From: Podarcis melisellensis
Lineage: Eukaryota
Assembly (NCBI GenBank): GCA_964234715.1
Contig: OZ174280.1
DNA length: 64,000 bases
Direction: 5' to 3' (one strand)
The notes beneath the pieces are model-generated. The model was not told the origin of the DNA, made no database searches, and worked only from the letters and a program-made list of their open reading frames with translations. This document shows positions 36,639 through 49,500 of the stretch, piece after piece. Each line of letters opens with the position of its first letter. Within the stretch, counting starts at the first letter, position 1. A program made the translations under genes and the position numbers.

Positions 36639-39630
36639 TATTCCACATTTAAGATAGGACAATGTAATGTACTATATATCTTCTTATATACCCATTTTAA
36701 AAAATATTTATTACATTTTTAAAGCCACCCTTCAACCCTAATGGTCCCAGAGCAGTTTTAAAGTTCTTAAATAGACTTTTTCAGTGTTTGAATGAATGGC
36801 AACAAGTTTGCTCCAGCAGACTAACACTGCTGCCCCTCTGGAAGTTGTGTGTTTTGCTTTGAGGATTTGGAAACAGTGGCCTAAAAACATACAAGACAAC
36901 AATTTTGTATATGCTTATTTGGGAGCAAGTCCCATTGAACTCACTGTGACCTAACTCCCAAGTAGATATGGTTAAAGGCTGGCCAGGAAGTCTCTGCTAA
37001 TTTGATTACTATATTACTTAGACATTATTTGTTATGAAGACAGTCACCCTGGATTGGATCTGTTCACATTACTGTGTTAGTACACAGTGAAGCTGTTTCC
37101 CCCTGATGTGTTTCACAGTTCTTTCCCCACTAGCTGTTCACATCAGCAGAGCTTTGTTAGTGTCAGATTCATTTCTGTTGTACACACCAGAGGGCAGTGA
37201 CCAGGGATGTGTTCCCACTTAGGCTAGAGATGAATTAGGAACAGTTTAAGGACTCCAGCTGGTGTGAAGCTGGCTTGAGAAATAACGCTTCAAACAGTAG
37301 CATTTTATAATGAAGTATAGGATGCACATGCATTTTGGATAATGTCATGGGAACATGGATTAAAAACACAGCACTGGGAATGCAGTGAGTGCACACTAAA
37401 TGGGAGTGTAAACACAGCATGAGTATGCCTGATTATCAGAAGCATATTGGCTCAATTGGGTCATTCCCTGTCCATGGCACCAATTATGAGAAAAACTTAG
37501 GTGATCTTAAGGGGTTCTCTAAAACCCAAACATCAGTAGAGAACCCCTAAAAATGATGATGGGGGGTTTGTTTGAGCCCCTGAATCAATACTTTGATTTC
37601 TTCAAGGGAGGAAACTTCTTAAGGCACAAAGAGGATCAAGTATACAAGTGCTTTTCAGCATTAAGCAACTCATCCCCTTATCTGGTCAGGTGCTGGTTCA
37701 TCACACCACAGTCACATTCCTGCATTTGAGAACTGTGTGTGCAGCCATGTCTTCCCGGCCAGTGAAATTTTAAGTTAGACACAACTTACTCATTCAGTTG
37801 CAAGATCTTGGCACCCTCCCCCACTTTGCATAGCCTTGCTCTTCAGCAACCATGCAGACAGGCACATGAGGGATCACAAGAAAGGAGGTCAGGGCAAGGT
37901 GACATCAACCAGTGCCTTCTCATACTTGCAAGTGAATCCACCAATTGTGTTCCCCCAAGGAACTGATGCAAGAGAGCCATTTTGCTGCAAGTTGCAGTGA
38001 GCTCTGCTCCTGCCTCCTCCTCCTCCTCCTATTACCTTTCACAAAGTAATCACAGTATTGTTAAACATTGCAGTGCTTCTGCAATACTGCTTGTTAACAT
38101 ATTTTTTAACCAGCCAGAAGTGGTTTTATAACATAATGGGAAGTGAGTTTAAAAGTGGAAGCTTCACAGCCACACCAGCAAGGAGGAAGGGGGCAGGAGG
38201 TGAGCCCAAGGTTCCCCTAGGCTTTCCCCCCACAGTGCTAAACTATGGTAGTGTTATGTGCAAAATGGGTATCTATCTCTTGAACAGAAATTAGAATCAT
38301 GGAATCAGAATTGTAGATTAATTTTAGACCTCTTCTTCTTCATTTACTACATTTGAATCTTGATTGTTTGCAATGGAAATTGATTTTGCTTCCAGTCAAT
38401 TTAAAGTGCCACATGTATTTATTGCTTAATTTAGATTTCTTAACTGGTGCTATTGGCAATTAAAATGCATGCCAAACATGTGCAAAACCTGAGGTGCTCA
38501 ATCAGATCAACAACTATTTACTGATCTTTGTTGTAAGAACATCTGGTTAATTAAAACTGAAAAAAACCAGTAAATATTAAAATATTTAATTAGCTTTAAA
38601 TTAAATATAATTAAATACCTACTTTCACTAGTGGTAGATAACTTAAGAGATTCTTTGGACTGACACCGAGGCAGCAACTCAGTCTCAAGACTGTTAAAAC
38701 TTTTCCCCTTTTGGATCTCTACATTTTGGTCACTGGGGTGTTTGGTGTTTCATCAATTGCTAGTTGAAGCTTTAAGCAATAGGCAGCCTGATTAGTTCCT
38801 TCCCGTTTTCCAAATCCTTGTTCCCCTGATCCCCAGTGGAGTGATCTAAAAGCCACAGAAAAGTTGAGTCTTGAGTTCTCGGCCTGAAGCAATTTTTGTC
38901 TCTCTCCCACCCTGCCCCAACATGATAATGTCCTCTAATGCGATATATCCTGTCTGTTGCCATGGGATCCTGTGAGGTCACCAGATAGAGCTAATTGCCC
39001 CCTCCCACTGGAAGGATAATTAGCCAAAAAAGAGAGACTATAATCAGAGCCCACTTCCTTTTACTTTATTTTGTTGGAATTCTGTGGATGATGGAACAGC
39101 ATTCAGGCAGGCTCCAGTCCCTAGGGCATGACTGGGGATGGGGTGGAGAAGGGCAGTTCAGGCTATTATCTTCTGGGTGGGTGGTGTGCCTGTTTTAGCA
39201 CTGCTTGGCTTTAAAGCAGACATTGTTACGGCCAGACTTCAATTCTGATTGTGTTGCACAGGTGAACAACATGTTTTCTTGGAAGCATCCCACTGTGTTC
39301 AATGGATCTTACTCTGAATCAACTCCCAAACAAACATGCTAGGATCGCAGCCTAGTGTTCCCTGAAACAGGGAGCTGACATTTTGTTACATTTCTTGTGC
39401 CTGAAACCCAGTCACTCCACAGTCTATGAAAGGGCTCCAAGGCTAAGAAAAACCCTTTCTAGAAACCAGATGCATTATCTTTGATCCTCTCATTGGAGGT
39501 GGTCATTTTTACAACTGAAGAGCACATTATTTTGAAAGCAGAAATTGCTGGATCAAAATGACAAAACTTCAAGGTCTGCTACTTAGACCAGAGATAGGGA
39601 GCTTGTGGCCAGATCTTGTTGGGTTTTAAA

Positions 39631-39824
39631 GAAGGGCCATAGCTCAGTGGTAGAGCATCTGGACTGCATGCAGAAGGTCTCCGGCTCAATCCATGACATC
39701 TTCAGGGAGGGTTGGGAGAGACACCATGCAAGAAACCCTGGAGAGCTGCTGCCAGTCAATGCAGTCAACATTGAACTAGGTGGACCAATGGGCTGGATCA
39801 GTATAATGCAGCTTCCTCTGTTCC
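39631..39824 (+). mobile_element. Full-length tRNA-derived SINE (Squam3-like), followed by a partial palindromic MITE to ~39905
   Basis: GGGCCATAGCTCAGTGGTAGAGCATCT...GCATGCAGAAGGTC...GAAACCCTGGAGAGCTGCTGCCAGTC...GCAGCTTCCTCTGTTCC. Confidence 0.85.
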
Positions 39825-42800
39825 ACAACTCACATAATCCCTGACCATGGGCCATGCAGACTGGGGCTCATGGGAACTGGAGTCCAACATCATCTGGAGG
39901 TCCCTAGGTCCTTTAAAAAAAAGTTTTAAAAGTTCTAGGAACAGGAAAGTTTCCCCATATAATCTTGCTGTGCATTGCGGAGGTTGTGCAGCATGTTCTA
40001 TGTTAGGATGAAGAGCTCGTTCATGAAGGGTCCTGGCCGAGCTCATCACTCTCAGTGAACTCAGGGTGACTAGAAGGCAACCTGTCCCTGTACACTGAAG
40101 AGGGGTACACTGCAGCAGTGAGCAGGCTCTCAGGACTTTGTCCATCACTGCTGATCAAAGAACCTTGGATAAGGTTTCATGAAAGTAGGACTCTCTGAGT
40201 TCAGTTCCCAGTTCCTCTAGTAGCATATGGTAAACTTAAGCCAAATAAATCAAGTTTTTAAGAGAGAGGATGCTTTTTACCAAGACAGAGTCATTGATTC
40301 ACATTGTGTAGACACCAGAAGTGCAAAATTCCAGTTGCCCAGTTGCCAATGGCTTGTTTAAAACCAAAAGTAGAAATGGTCATTCTGGTTACTGAGTTAC
40401 CTTTGCTCCTGCTACCTGTCTACTAGCTGATCAAGGCATGTCCCCTTCCTCCTCCGCTACTACTCAGGCACTGCTACACATCAGCAGCATTCTCTCATCA
40501 GCCAGGATGCCTGAGATGTTATGTTTTGAAATATTTTTAATTTCCCCTGTTATGAGAAAGAACATCACAGGAGCTACTTACGTGACTAGGAACATTGCAA
40601 AATCTTTTGTTTTTACTTTCAGATCAGGGAATACCGGTGTAGGTCTTCTTTCAGAAATGGCAATAAGCTACATATTTTTATTTTATCCCCTAACCTGAGC
40701 ATTCTGCCTTCTACCTGCTCCTGGGCACAAATGTAAAATGTGGTCTGTATGCAGAGATGGCAAAGTTACATCTTGTTTCAGAAGCTCATTGAAGCAAGGG
40801 ACTCAGACATAGGTCTGCTATCAAAACCAGCAAACTAGCATCACATTCCCCTCTACACTCCTCATACTCAGGGGTCATTGAGCTATGTGTTTCACTGCCT
40901 CCTGATTCATTTCACGGGATGCTGCTGGTGGAGGCAAGGAAATAGTGTAATGACATCCCAAAACAATGTAAGGCATATGACATGTTATGAAGGCAACAGG
41001 AGAAACCTAACACAGTGCTGCCACTTGAGTTTCTATAATGTGCAGTGTTGTGTGTGTGGTGGGGAGGAGAAGGGACAATGAAAGCTTATATGCCATTATA
41101 AATGTGTTTATCTTCTGCAAGAGTCTTTGCTGCAACAGACTAACACAGCCACCCTTCTGGAAGTTCTTCGAACGTGTAGTTCTGCCCTGAACATCACTCT
41201 CTTCCTGCTAACGGATGAATTATGGCTCTCCTCTCTCTTTGCTTTCTCAGATCTCAATGCCTGCCAAGAAAACAGCAGCTTTTGCAAAAAGAGATATATG
41301 GCAGTAATTATTAAGCATGGAAATTAATTTATGAAATGTTTGCTTTGCGTCATGTATTATATGAGTGCATAATATGGATTTGCTGGCATTTAATACTCCT
41401 GGCGTTTGCTGGCATTTAATGCTATTGTAGAACTCGGGAGTAGGGGTAACTGGAGCCAAAGCTCTCTGCTATGGGCTTCTGAAAAGAGAAAAGATCCACA
41501 GACTGGTTGTTGAGCCTTCTATGGAATCTGCTGCTCTAAGAGGTTGAGATCAGTTTTACGTAGAGTGGAAATGTGTCCTATAATACAAAGGACAGTCCTC
41601 TGCTTGAAGGACTCCTCTAATGGAATGGTTGTCTTGTTATTAACTTAGTTAATAGCTATTTAACCATAAGAAAGGAGAGAAAGGGCTCTGAAATTGCCCA
41701 CGGACAGGATAGCATACAGGTTACCTGCTCAGTTTTCCCAACCATGATGAGATATATTGAGTAGTATCCAATGAAACAGTTCCACTAGGGCAAGAGGTTT
41801 TACCTGCCTCTCCCTGCATTCCTGCCAACCCCCCCCCCATCTGCTTTGGGTGTTTCCCCAACCCTTCAGAGCAAAATTACAGGGTGCACAGGGGGCGTGC
41901 AGGGAGAGGGTGAGGAAGTTCCATTGCACAGTCTTTGTGCTAGATGAACTGTTTGATTGCACTGCATTTTTATTTAAATTACAGTAGTTATGTCTAAATT
42001 TACACCTACACATATAAATTAGCACATGCAAATTATATGCGAATCTGCATTGTCCTTTTGGGGATGATGTGCAAGTGTGGCCACTCTGCTTTTGGGAATT
42101 TAGAAATGAACAGTCCTGTTAGCACATCAATCTTTATTCTTCTGAACGCAGGCAGTATTTGGCCTTGGGACTTTATTCTGCACCGGAGTGGCTAGTTTTG
42201 TTTCCAAAAGGAAACTGAGTAACTTCCAATCTGCAGGATAGATGTGGCATTTCACACTTCACTTGCTGAGTGGGAAACCACCTGATCTGCTCTCTGCATT
42301 TCTTGCCTCTGAAGGGCTCTCAAAACGAAGTGCCAAGCTGCTGAAACAGCCGTTTCACCCCACATTCTCCACCCAGGCAAGCAATCATTTCATGAGGGAG
42401 GTGACGATTTCTCAGCTTTTTAAATGCAAGCGGAAGGTAGCACAACAAACCATTGATCCAGTACCTCTGCTCAATGGACAACAGGTGCAATGAGTAGATT
42501 TCAAAGTTGCACTCTTGCAATCGTACAGGCATTTCAGTTTGCCAGGTGGAATAATCCCCCTTCTCTTCCCCCTGCACCCTGTTCTGAGAGTTACTCCTTA
42601 ACCGTACCAGGACAATTTGGGGAACACAATGGGGGGACAAGGGGGTAGAAAGCCCCATTTTGCAATTTTTGTCCTTCCAGTGATGAAACTGGTTAGGTGA
42701 ATCGCACCCAAAGTTTGCAGCTAATACGAGGGTGCTCATGGGGGCATTCTGGGCATGAGCATTTCCCTAGGAGGACAAATGAGGGGCTGTTGGACACTGT

Positions 42801-45634
42801 ATATGATCTGCAGGTCAAGGCCGTCATGGTGCAGTGGTGAAAATTCATACAACCATTGCTTGTGGTGCTCTGAGACCAGCAAGACTAGAGATAGAGCAGT
42901 CTAGGGATGTGCCAGGGGAAAGCTTGGATGTGCTGAACCCAGGGCTCCCTCACTTCCCTAGCATGGCCCCAGGAATGGCAAAAAAGCATGGCATTAATGG
43001 CAGTTGGAGGGGTAAATTTGAAAGATTGTGGGGGGGTCACTGGAAAATCTTTCCCCAATTTCAGTCCTGGCTGGCTTGAGCTGCAGGGATTAGGGAGTGG
43101 TGGTTTCTCCTCCACAGAATCGACCACCACCATCTTAAAGATTGCTCAGTGAATAAAGTAAATCTCAATAGGACTCATTTTTCAGGAAAGCGGGCATAAG
43201 CTTGCAGCCTTAACATGATAGCTGTAGACAAAGGCGACAGAGGCACACAGAAGCAGCAGCTGAGTCCAGCTGTCTAAGAAGGGAGCTGCAGGGATGATGT
43301 GGAATCATTACTATGGAGATGAGCTTCTGTCTGTACCCTTAGACAAAAGCCACAGGCATTTGGCTTTAATTCAGCCAGGCCTCCCAATCCTGCTCCAGTT
43401 TCTGGGAGGAATGGATGCCTCAGTGTTGGAACTGGGATTTGTACCAGAGTGCGGGGATAGAATCTTCCTTATCCATGGTCGCATCTCCCTCAGTATCAGC
43501 GCATAAGACTGGGCCATTAGTCTGTGGTCCTAAGCACAAAGAAACTAATTTGAGGAAAACAGCCGTATTTTCTGCAGAAAAAGGACACAGATTGGTCAAC
43601 TTTCAAACCAACTAGTTGTGATCTGAGAGATCTGCTTGGTTTGTTTGTTGTCTTAAGCTTATATCAGCTACCCCATGGGCAGGGTGCTTAACTATTTCTT
43701 ACTGTACCAGTTCCTCCCCCCCCCCCCCCGCCTATGCAAGCTTCTGAGGGATGCAATTTAAATCAAGAAAATTGAGTGGAGGACAAAGGTTAGCTCCTCT
43801 GCTATTACCACGGCCCTGATCCACTCCCACCTGATTGCTGCTTTTCGTGTAGGGTGAGGAAACATGCAGGAGTTGCTGTTCACAGATATCCTGCGCTACT
43901 TCTGGAACTTTTGTAGGTGGGGCTCTGTTTCTATCTTGCATTAGTCAGTAGAATAAGTAGGTGGTGGGAACTTGTGGCAATGGTTTATAAGGCAAGCGTG
44001 GGGAAAATTTTGAGGTACATCTTTACCTCTCCACCCCCATGGACCACATTGATGTCAGCTGATTAAATGTTTCCATTATTTAGTGGTGTGGAAACTGTGC
44101 TGAGGACAACAGTTTAGGGAGCCACAAATGATCACACAGAACATGGCAGATGGAAGGGAAGGTTTAGTACCTGGGTTGGGATGGGCACAAAAGGACCTAC
44201 AGGACTGATGCTGGCATCAGCTCCTTATTTCTGAGACATTTTGTATTTGTTGGGTGTCCATCCAGGCCTGTACATAGTTACAGATGCTCGTTTTATTATT
44301 ATTACTTTCAGAATACACTACCTTTTTCCTACAACAAAATGTTGTTTATTTCCTGTCGTCATTATAGTACTATGATTCAAAATGAAAAATTATACCTGCT
44401 GGAGCATTTTCTTCAATCAGAGTTGGCAAAAAATAGGGGTTTTGTGGGGTTTCTTTTTTGCTTTAACATATCAGGAATATGTTACGGCTACCTATCTATA
44501 TCAGGAATGTAGAAGCACTTGTAAAGCATGGGACAGAGAAACAAAGAGAAATGTTAATCATGTGCTTCACAACTAAGTTATATACATGGTCATCTGATCT
44601 TACGTGTGGGAAAGGAGTTTCATGCTGCAGCTCTACAGAACAGTATCTTCAGATTCTTTAGGTTCCTGCTCACCCTATGATAAGCCATCTCTCCTCCTCA
44701 TATTGCACATGTCCTGAAGGCAAAGTTCTCTTTCTGAATAGCTATAGCTCAAGTCAAACCCCAGCACCAGCCCACATAGTCTGAATAACATGGATGAGAC
44801 ATTAACATCTCCAAGTCACTGTCTATTCCCTGCTGAGATAACAGGGCCTGCCCTATTTTATCTTAATTGGTTGGGAATTTGAGGACTGGTTTCGGCTGAC
44901 CAGCAATGCTGTAGTGACTCAGGACTGAGTGGCTACTTCCTCTCAGAGCAGTTTGCTTTATGGATGTCTGTAGCACCTACCATGAGTAGACTGGCTGAGT
45001 CTTACCTGGCTTTAAGCCACAAGATACACACTATTTCTTCACTTTAGGATCCCTGAAAGTATTTATTTAACAGATTTCTATATCATTTAATAAAAAAAAA
45101 CCAACACCTCTAAGTGGCTTAAAATAAAAATTGAAAATATTCATTGAAACATACTGGTGATTTTCTCAGAATAGATTGCTCTCTGCACTGGAACTTCTTT
45201 TTCCACCAGGCTGGGCTAGTTATGGTTGGACACACAGAACTATTCTTAGAGACTGGCCCACAAATGTATGGTCTTAATCCTGCTACTCAGGGATCTTTGT
45301 GTTCTCAGCTCAGTAATACTATAATTTACAATGAAGCTGAAATCCTTTGAATTTTGATTTGTAAAGACATTCCACTGCAATTGTCAGGTTCAATTGACAA
45401 GTTGAATCTGACAATGTAGATGTTAGTCCACAAGCATTTATGCCATAATACATTTATGGGTGCTACCATGTTCTTTGTTGTCTTAAGTATCTTTGGAGCA
45501 GAATGTTAGTACAAGCAGTGAAGAAAGCAAAGAGCTCTGTGGTCTGAGGGCTCATAATACTAAATAATGCTGAAGCACCTAACATCAGTTGCTAGTAATA
45601 CTGTACTATAGCACTACTAATAGTGCTATAGCAG

Positions 45635-45812
45635 TCAAAGTACTTCACACACATGATCTCAGTAATCCTTAACAACAAAAGCGAGGTCAACAGCATTATT
45701 ATCCCATTGGAAAGAAAATACCTTGCCTAGAACCAATGACATAGGCAATATTTGAACTGGGGATTTCATGGCTCATGGTTAATTCTCTTTGGCACTAGGC
45801 TACACTAGTTCT
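45635..45812 (-). mobile_element. Old MIR/CORE-SINE
   Basis: aaagtacttcacacacatgatctcagtaatcctt.acaac...attattatccc...atttgaact...cactaggctacact is the typical reverse-strand MIR layout. Confidence 0.55.
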
Positions 45813-47699
45813 CACTGTAAGTTGGAGGAGGCTGGGGAATGTCCACGAGACCTAAAAAAACCCTCTTGATTATTGCTGGATATTTGGAGCACGTTCACTG
45901 ACTACAAGTTCATTTCTGAGCATAGCTCAAAGTGTCCATTATCTTTAACAGCCTAGACAGTTTGGAAGCAGGGTGCCTAAATAATGCTTTCTTCCCAGCC
46001 TCTAGTATGGCTGATGAGAATGAGAGAACCTTTTCTGTTGTTGCACCAGGGCATATAACTCTCTGCTGAGAGATTCTAGCCCCTACCTAGCTGGTCTTTT
46101 GTTGCTAGCTAAAGTTTTTGTTTTGTTTTGGAAGGTTCCTGCTCCTTCTTTATTGTATTTTAAATATGTGCTGCTTGGTTTGCACTTTTTCGGACCCGTT
46201 TTATGAATTGTTTTAAAATTAAGGTTAGGTGCCTGGAGCATCCTTCAGGCCAGTCTCATTAAGTCCTGACCAGCATTCAGGGATTATGGAAGTTGTAGTT
46301 AAACAGCCTCTGAAGTAGCACAAGTTCCCCACACCCTCTTAGGCAGTGGATGAGCGGGATACAAACTGTATAATAAATAAGCTAGTTTCGGCACAAGAGA
46401 TCCCTGCAAACTGCAAGGTCAGTGTAGCTAGCACACTTCCATGTTTTCATGTGTTTGCAGTGTTGCACCCTCTTTTTTCTTGTGTGTGTTATCGTTTGTG
46501 TTTCATATTGGAGCATGGAACCGAAAGCGGCAGGCAAATTATGTGCTGCCTTGGCTAGTGCCACACATAGATGTGGTAGCAGGAATTATTTTTAATATCA
46601 GCCTCTTGTGGAAATGGGTTTGGTTTGGATCACTGCACAGAGACAGCAGTCTGATACCACTATCTGTTCTATATGTGAAAGCTGATAATCTTTCTGCACA
46701 GGCAAGGGCTGTTCTTCTGTCAGTGCTAAGCAGTGGGAGCTCAGATTCCTGAATTCTTTTTCTGGGCTTGCCACTGACCCTTTCTGAGTAGCTGTTGAAC
46801 CTTTTCCATGGTGACATGGGACAAGGAAGGCTGTTTCATGCGCTGCTGAATTCATACATGGAAGCTCCTTCAGAATAAGAAATGGCAAGGTTCTCTTTTG
46901 TGGTGTCATCGTGTCAAGTGATGAATATGTGCGTATATTGCTATGTGTATGCATGCTGGGAAACTAATTGGCTGTGGTATATCCAACACATTCACACCAT
47001 GTCTTGGGTCTTGTCCAGTATATGGTGCATTTTGTAATAGGAAGTGGTTCCTGTGTAATTGCAAGGGAAGGAAAGAACTGATTTGCATGCAATAGAGCCT
47101 GATGGGCACCCCAGAGAAAACCTAAGTCAAGGCTCAACAGGGCTTTCCTACTTTCAATGCCAAGGTTTGTTCTTGCATGACCAAGCAGTGCACTTAAGCA
47201 TGTGTAGATTGCCTTGTTTTCAGCACTAGTTACTCCCAGGTGGCGAGTTTTCGGGAGAACGGGTTCCAGAACAGAAGGGGCTGCAGTCTTGAAAATGGGA
47301 ACCTTTTAAGTACCCTTCTATGCCAAATACGTTTTGATGGACAAGCTGTTGCCCCCATTCCCCATACAACTGAACTGGCAACTAATTTTGTTCCTCAATT
47401 CTGGCAACAAAGGCAGCTTCCATCACAGGACCCGAGGACTAAGGTGGGCTACATTAGGAGTCTCAAGGGGAGCAGGAGGGGGCTGGCCCAACTCTTACTT
47501 TCTCAGCATCCTGAGCCTGAGGCAACTGCGTCACTCCGCCTAATGGCAGAGCTAGCCCTAGCTCTGCTTATGGGGCTCTCGGGGAGGAGGACAGGACAGG
47601 AGATTTCCATGCATGGATCTCTGGCGGGCCAAAAATGGCCCCAGGGTCAGGGGTGCCAACTCGAATAAAATATTGGGAAGATAAGCCCCACCCCACATA

Positions 47700-49500
47700 A
47701 TCACATGACGCAGGGCACGCACACAATTTGAATGACATTGCCTATGGACTTTTTGGGGGCGGTCCCCCCAATATTTTATGGGGCGGGGCAAAGGGATCTC
47801 AGCCCCAAGGAGTTGGCTCCTGCGCCCAGGGGGTCTGTCAGATGACTCTCCCCCCTGTGAGGACTGGCTGCTGGAGCGCCTTGCCACGACGTCTCCCCCT
47901 TCCCCGCCTATGCCTGCCTTCCGTTGTCGAAGGCGCCCTGCTCTCCCTCGGCGCCTCTCAAGCGCGGAGGCAGGCAAGGCTCCGCGAGTGCGCGCGCGCG
48001 CGTACTTATTCGCCGATGTCCACACGCGCACACACACCCTCACGCACAATTACACACGCCTCCTCCCGAGCCAGAAATAGCCTCGCGCGCGTCTCGCGCC
48101 CCCACTCCACTCCCTTTCTCTGCCGAGCCGGCAGCATCTCGCAGGCGGGCAGGGAGGGCCCGTTTTTTGTTCGCCTTGCCTCTCGCTTCGCTTCCCCCCT
48201 CAGTTTCCCCAGCGGCGCTGGAGGAGATAGGAGGGGCCGGGCGCTCTGCGCTTCTGTGAGCGCGCGCGCGCCGGGGCGGGGAAGGTGGCACCGGCTGCTT
48301 TGATAGCGTGTGTCTCTCTTTTTTTCCTGTTTTATCCCACCTCCTCCTCCTCCTCCTCCCTTCTCCCCCCACCCCTTTTCTCTCTCTCTCTCTCTCCTCT
48401 CCCCTCCCTCCCCTCCTCCGACCTTCCCGTTTTCCTCCTCTCCTCCTTCTTTCATTCTTTCTTCTCCCTCCGTTGCTTCAGAGGCTGGGCTTTTAAATGG
48501 TTTCCTCGCGGCGGGCGGGAAGAAGATGCTTGGCAGCGGCGGCAACAGCAACGACGTCAGGAGGCTGCAGCGCGACGCGGAGCTGAGCGGCGACGAAGGG
48601 CCCGAGGAGGCGCTGAGGGGCTACAAGAAGCAGGCGGCGTCGGCGTCGTCGGGCGACGGCAGCAACAAGGCCATGATGCAGAAGCGCGCCAGCGCCAAGG
48701 GCCCCGGCGGCGTGGCGGCGCCCAAGGCGCCGGCCGAGCTGAAGGTCTTCAAGGCCGGCAGCGTGGAGGGCCGAGGGCCGCTGGCCTCCAACCTGCGCAA
48801 GCAGAAGTCGCTCACCAACCTGTCCTTCCTGACGGACAGCGAGAAGAAGATGCAGCTGTACGAGCCCAAGTGGAGCGACGACATGGCCAAGGCGGCCAAG
48901 GGCTTCGGCGGCCGGAGCCTCAAAGGCGGCAAGGAGGCGCCGCCGCTCATGTCCAAGAACCTCTCGCGCTCCGAGCACTCGCTCTTCCAGGCCAAGCTGG
49001 CGCCCCCGGCCGCCGGCAACAAGCCTCCGCCGCCGCTGGCGCCGCTGCCCTCCAACCTGGGCAAGCCCAGCCGCATCCCGCGAGGGCCCTACGCCGAGGT
49101 CAAGCCCCTCAGCAAGGCGCCCGAGGCCGGCAGCGGCAGCGACGACCTCAAGTCGGACGACGAGATCCTCTCCAGCAAAGGCAAGGCGGCGCAGCAACAG
49201 AAGCAGCAGCAGCAGCAAGCGGCCACCCAGCCGGCCGGGAAAGGGGCGCCGGCGGAGGAGAAGGCTTTCCTGAAGGTGGATCCCGAGCTGGTGGTCACCG
49301 TGCTGGGCGATCTGGAGCAGCTGCTCTTCAGCCAGATGCTCGGTGAGTCCGTCTCTGCCGTCCCTCCCTCTTTCCCTTCCCATGGATGGATGGATGGATG
49401 GAAAGCTGCCTTGCTCCGTGAAGGTTATTGGGGAGACTTGAGTGGGAGGAGGAGAGAGCGTCCCCTCCCCAGAGGACAGGTGTCAGCCGGCGCTCTTGGT
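47700..49500 (+). promoter_or_regulatory. CpG island / promoter of the canonical NAV1 isoform
   Basis: CpG and GC content jump sharply relative to the CpG-depleted flanks. GC boxes GGGGCGGGG near 47780 and 48273. (CG)n runs at about 47989-48003 and 48260-48271. Confidence 0.88.
48526..49342 (+). CDS. NAV1: NAV1 canonical first coding exon (MLGSGG...ELKVFKAGSV...SNLRKQKSLTNLSFLTDSEKK...KPSRIPRGPYAEVKPLSKAPE...AFLKVDPELVVTVLGDLEQLLFSQML). In the long isoform the exon starts at 48482.
   Basis: Several long blocks match the human NAV1 N-terminus as I recall it. Donor CTCG|GTGAGT at 49342/49343 falls where NAV1 continues with DPESQRK. High GC3. Acceptor after a long pyrimidine tract, with AG at 48480-81. 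Confidence 0.96.

Noticed and set aside
39631-39710. tRNA-like sequence (also at ~200, 15490, 58640, 62800)
   Set aside because: These are SINE heads that continue into SINE bodies and tails. The cloverleaf is degenerate.
48310-48481. Pro/Ser/Phe-rich N-terminus of the 406-aa ORF, and its read-through past 49342
   Set aside because: These are translations of the polypyrimidine tract and of intron sequence. The true boundaries are the splice sites at 48482 and 49342.
47558-48551. Several 100-190 aa Arg/Ala/Gly-rich ORFs
   Set aside because: Artefacts of CpG-island composition.
48285-49383. Long overlapping ORFs (353 aa on + in another frame; 296 aa on -)
   Set aside because: Shadow ORFs of a very GC-rich coding exon that is depleted of stop codons. 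Low-complexity products with no recognisable homology.
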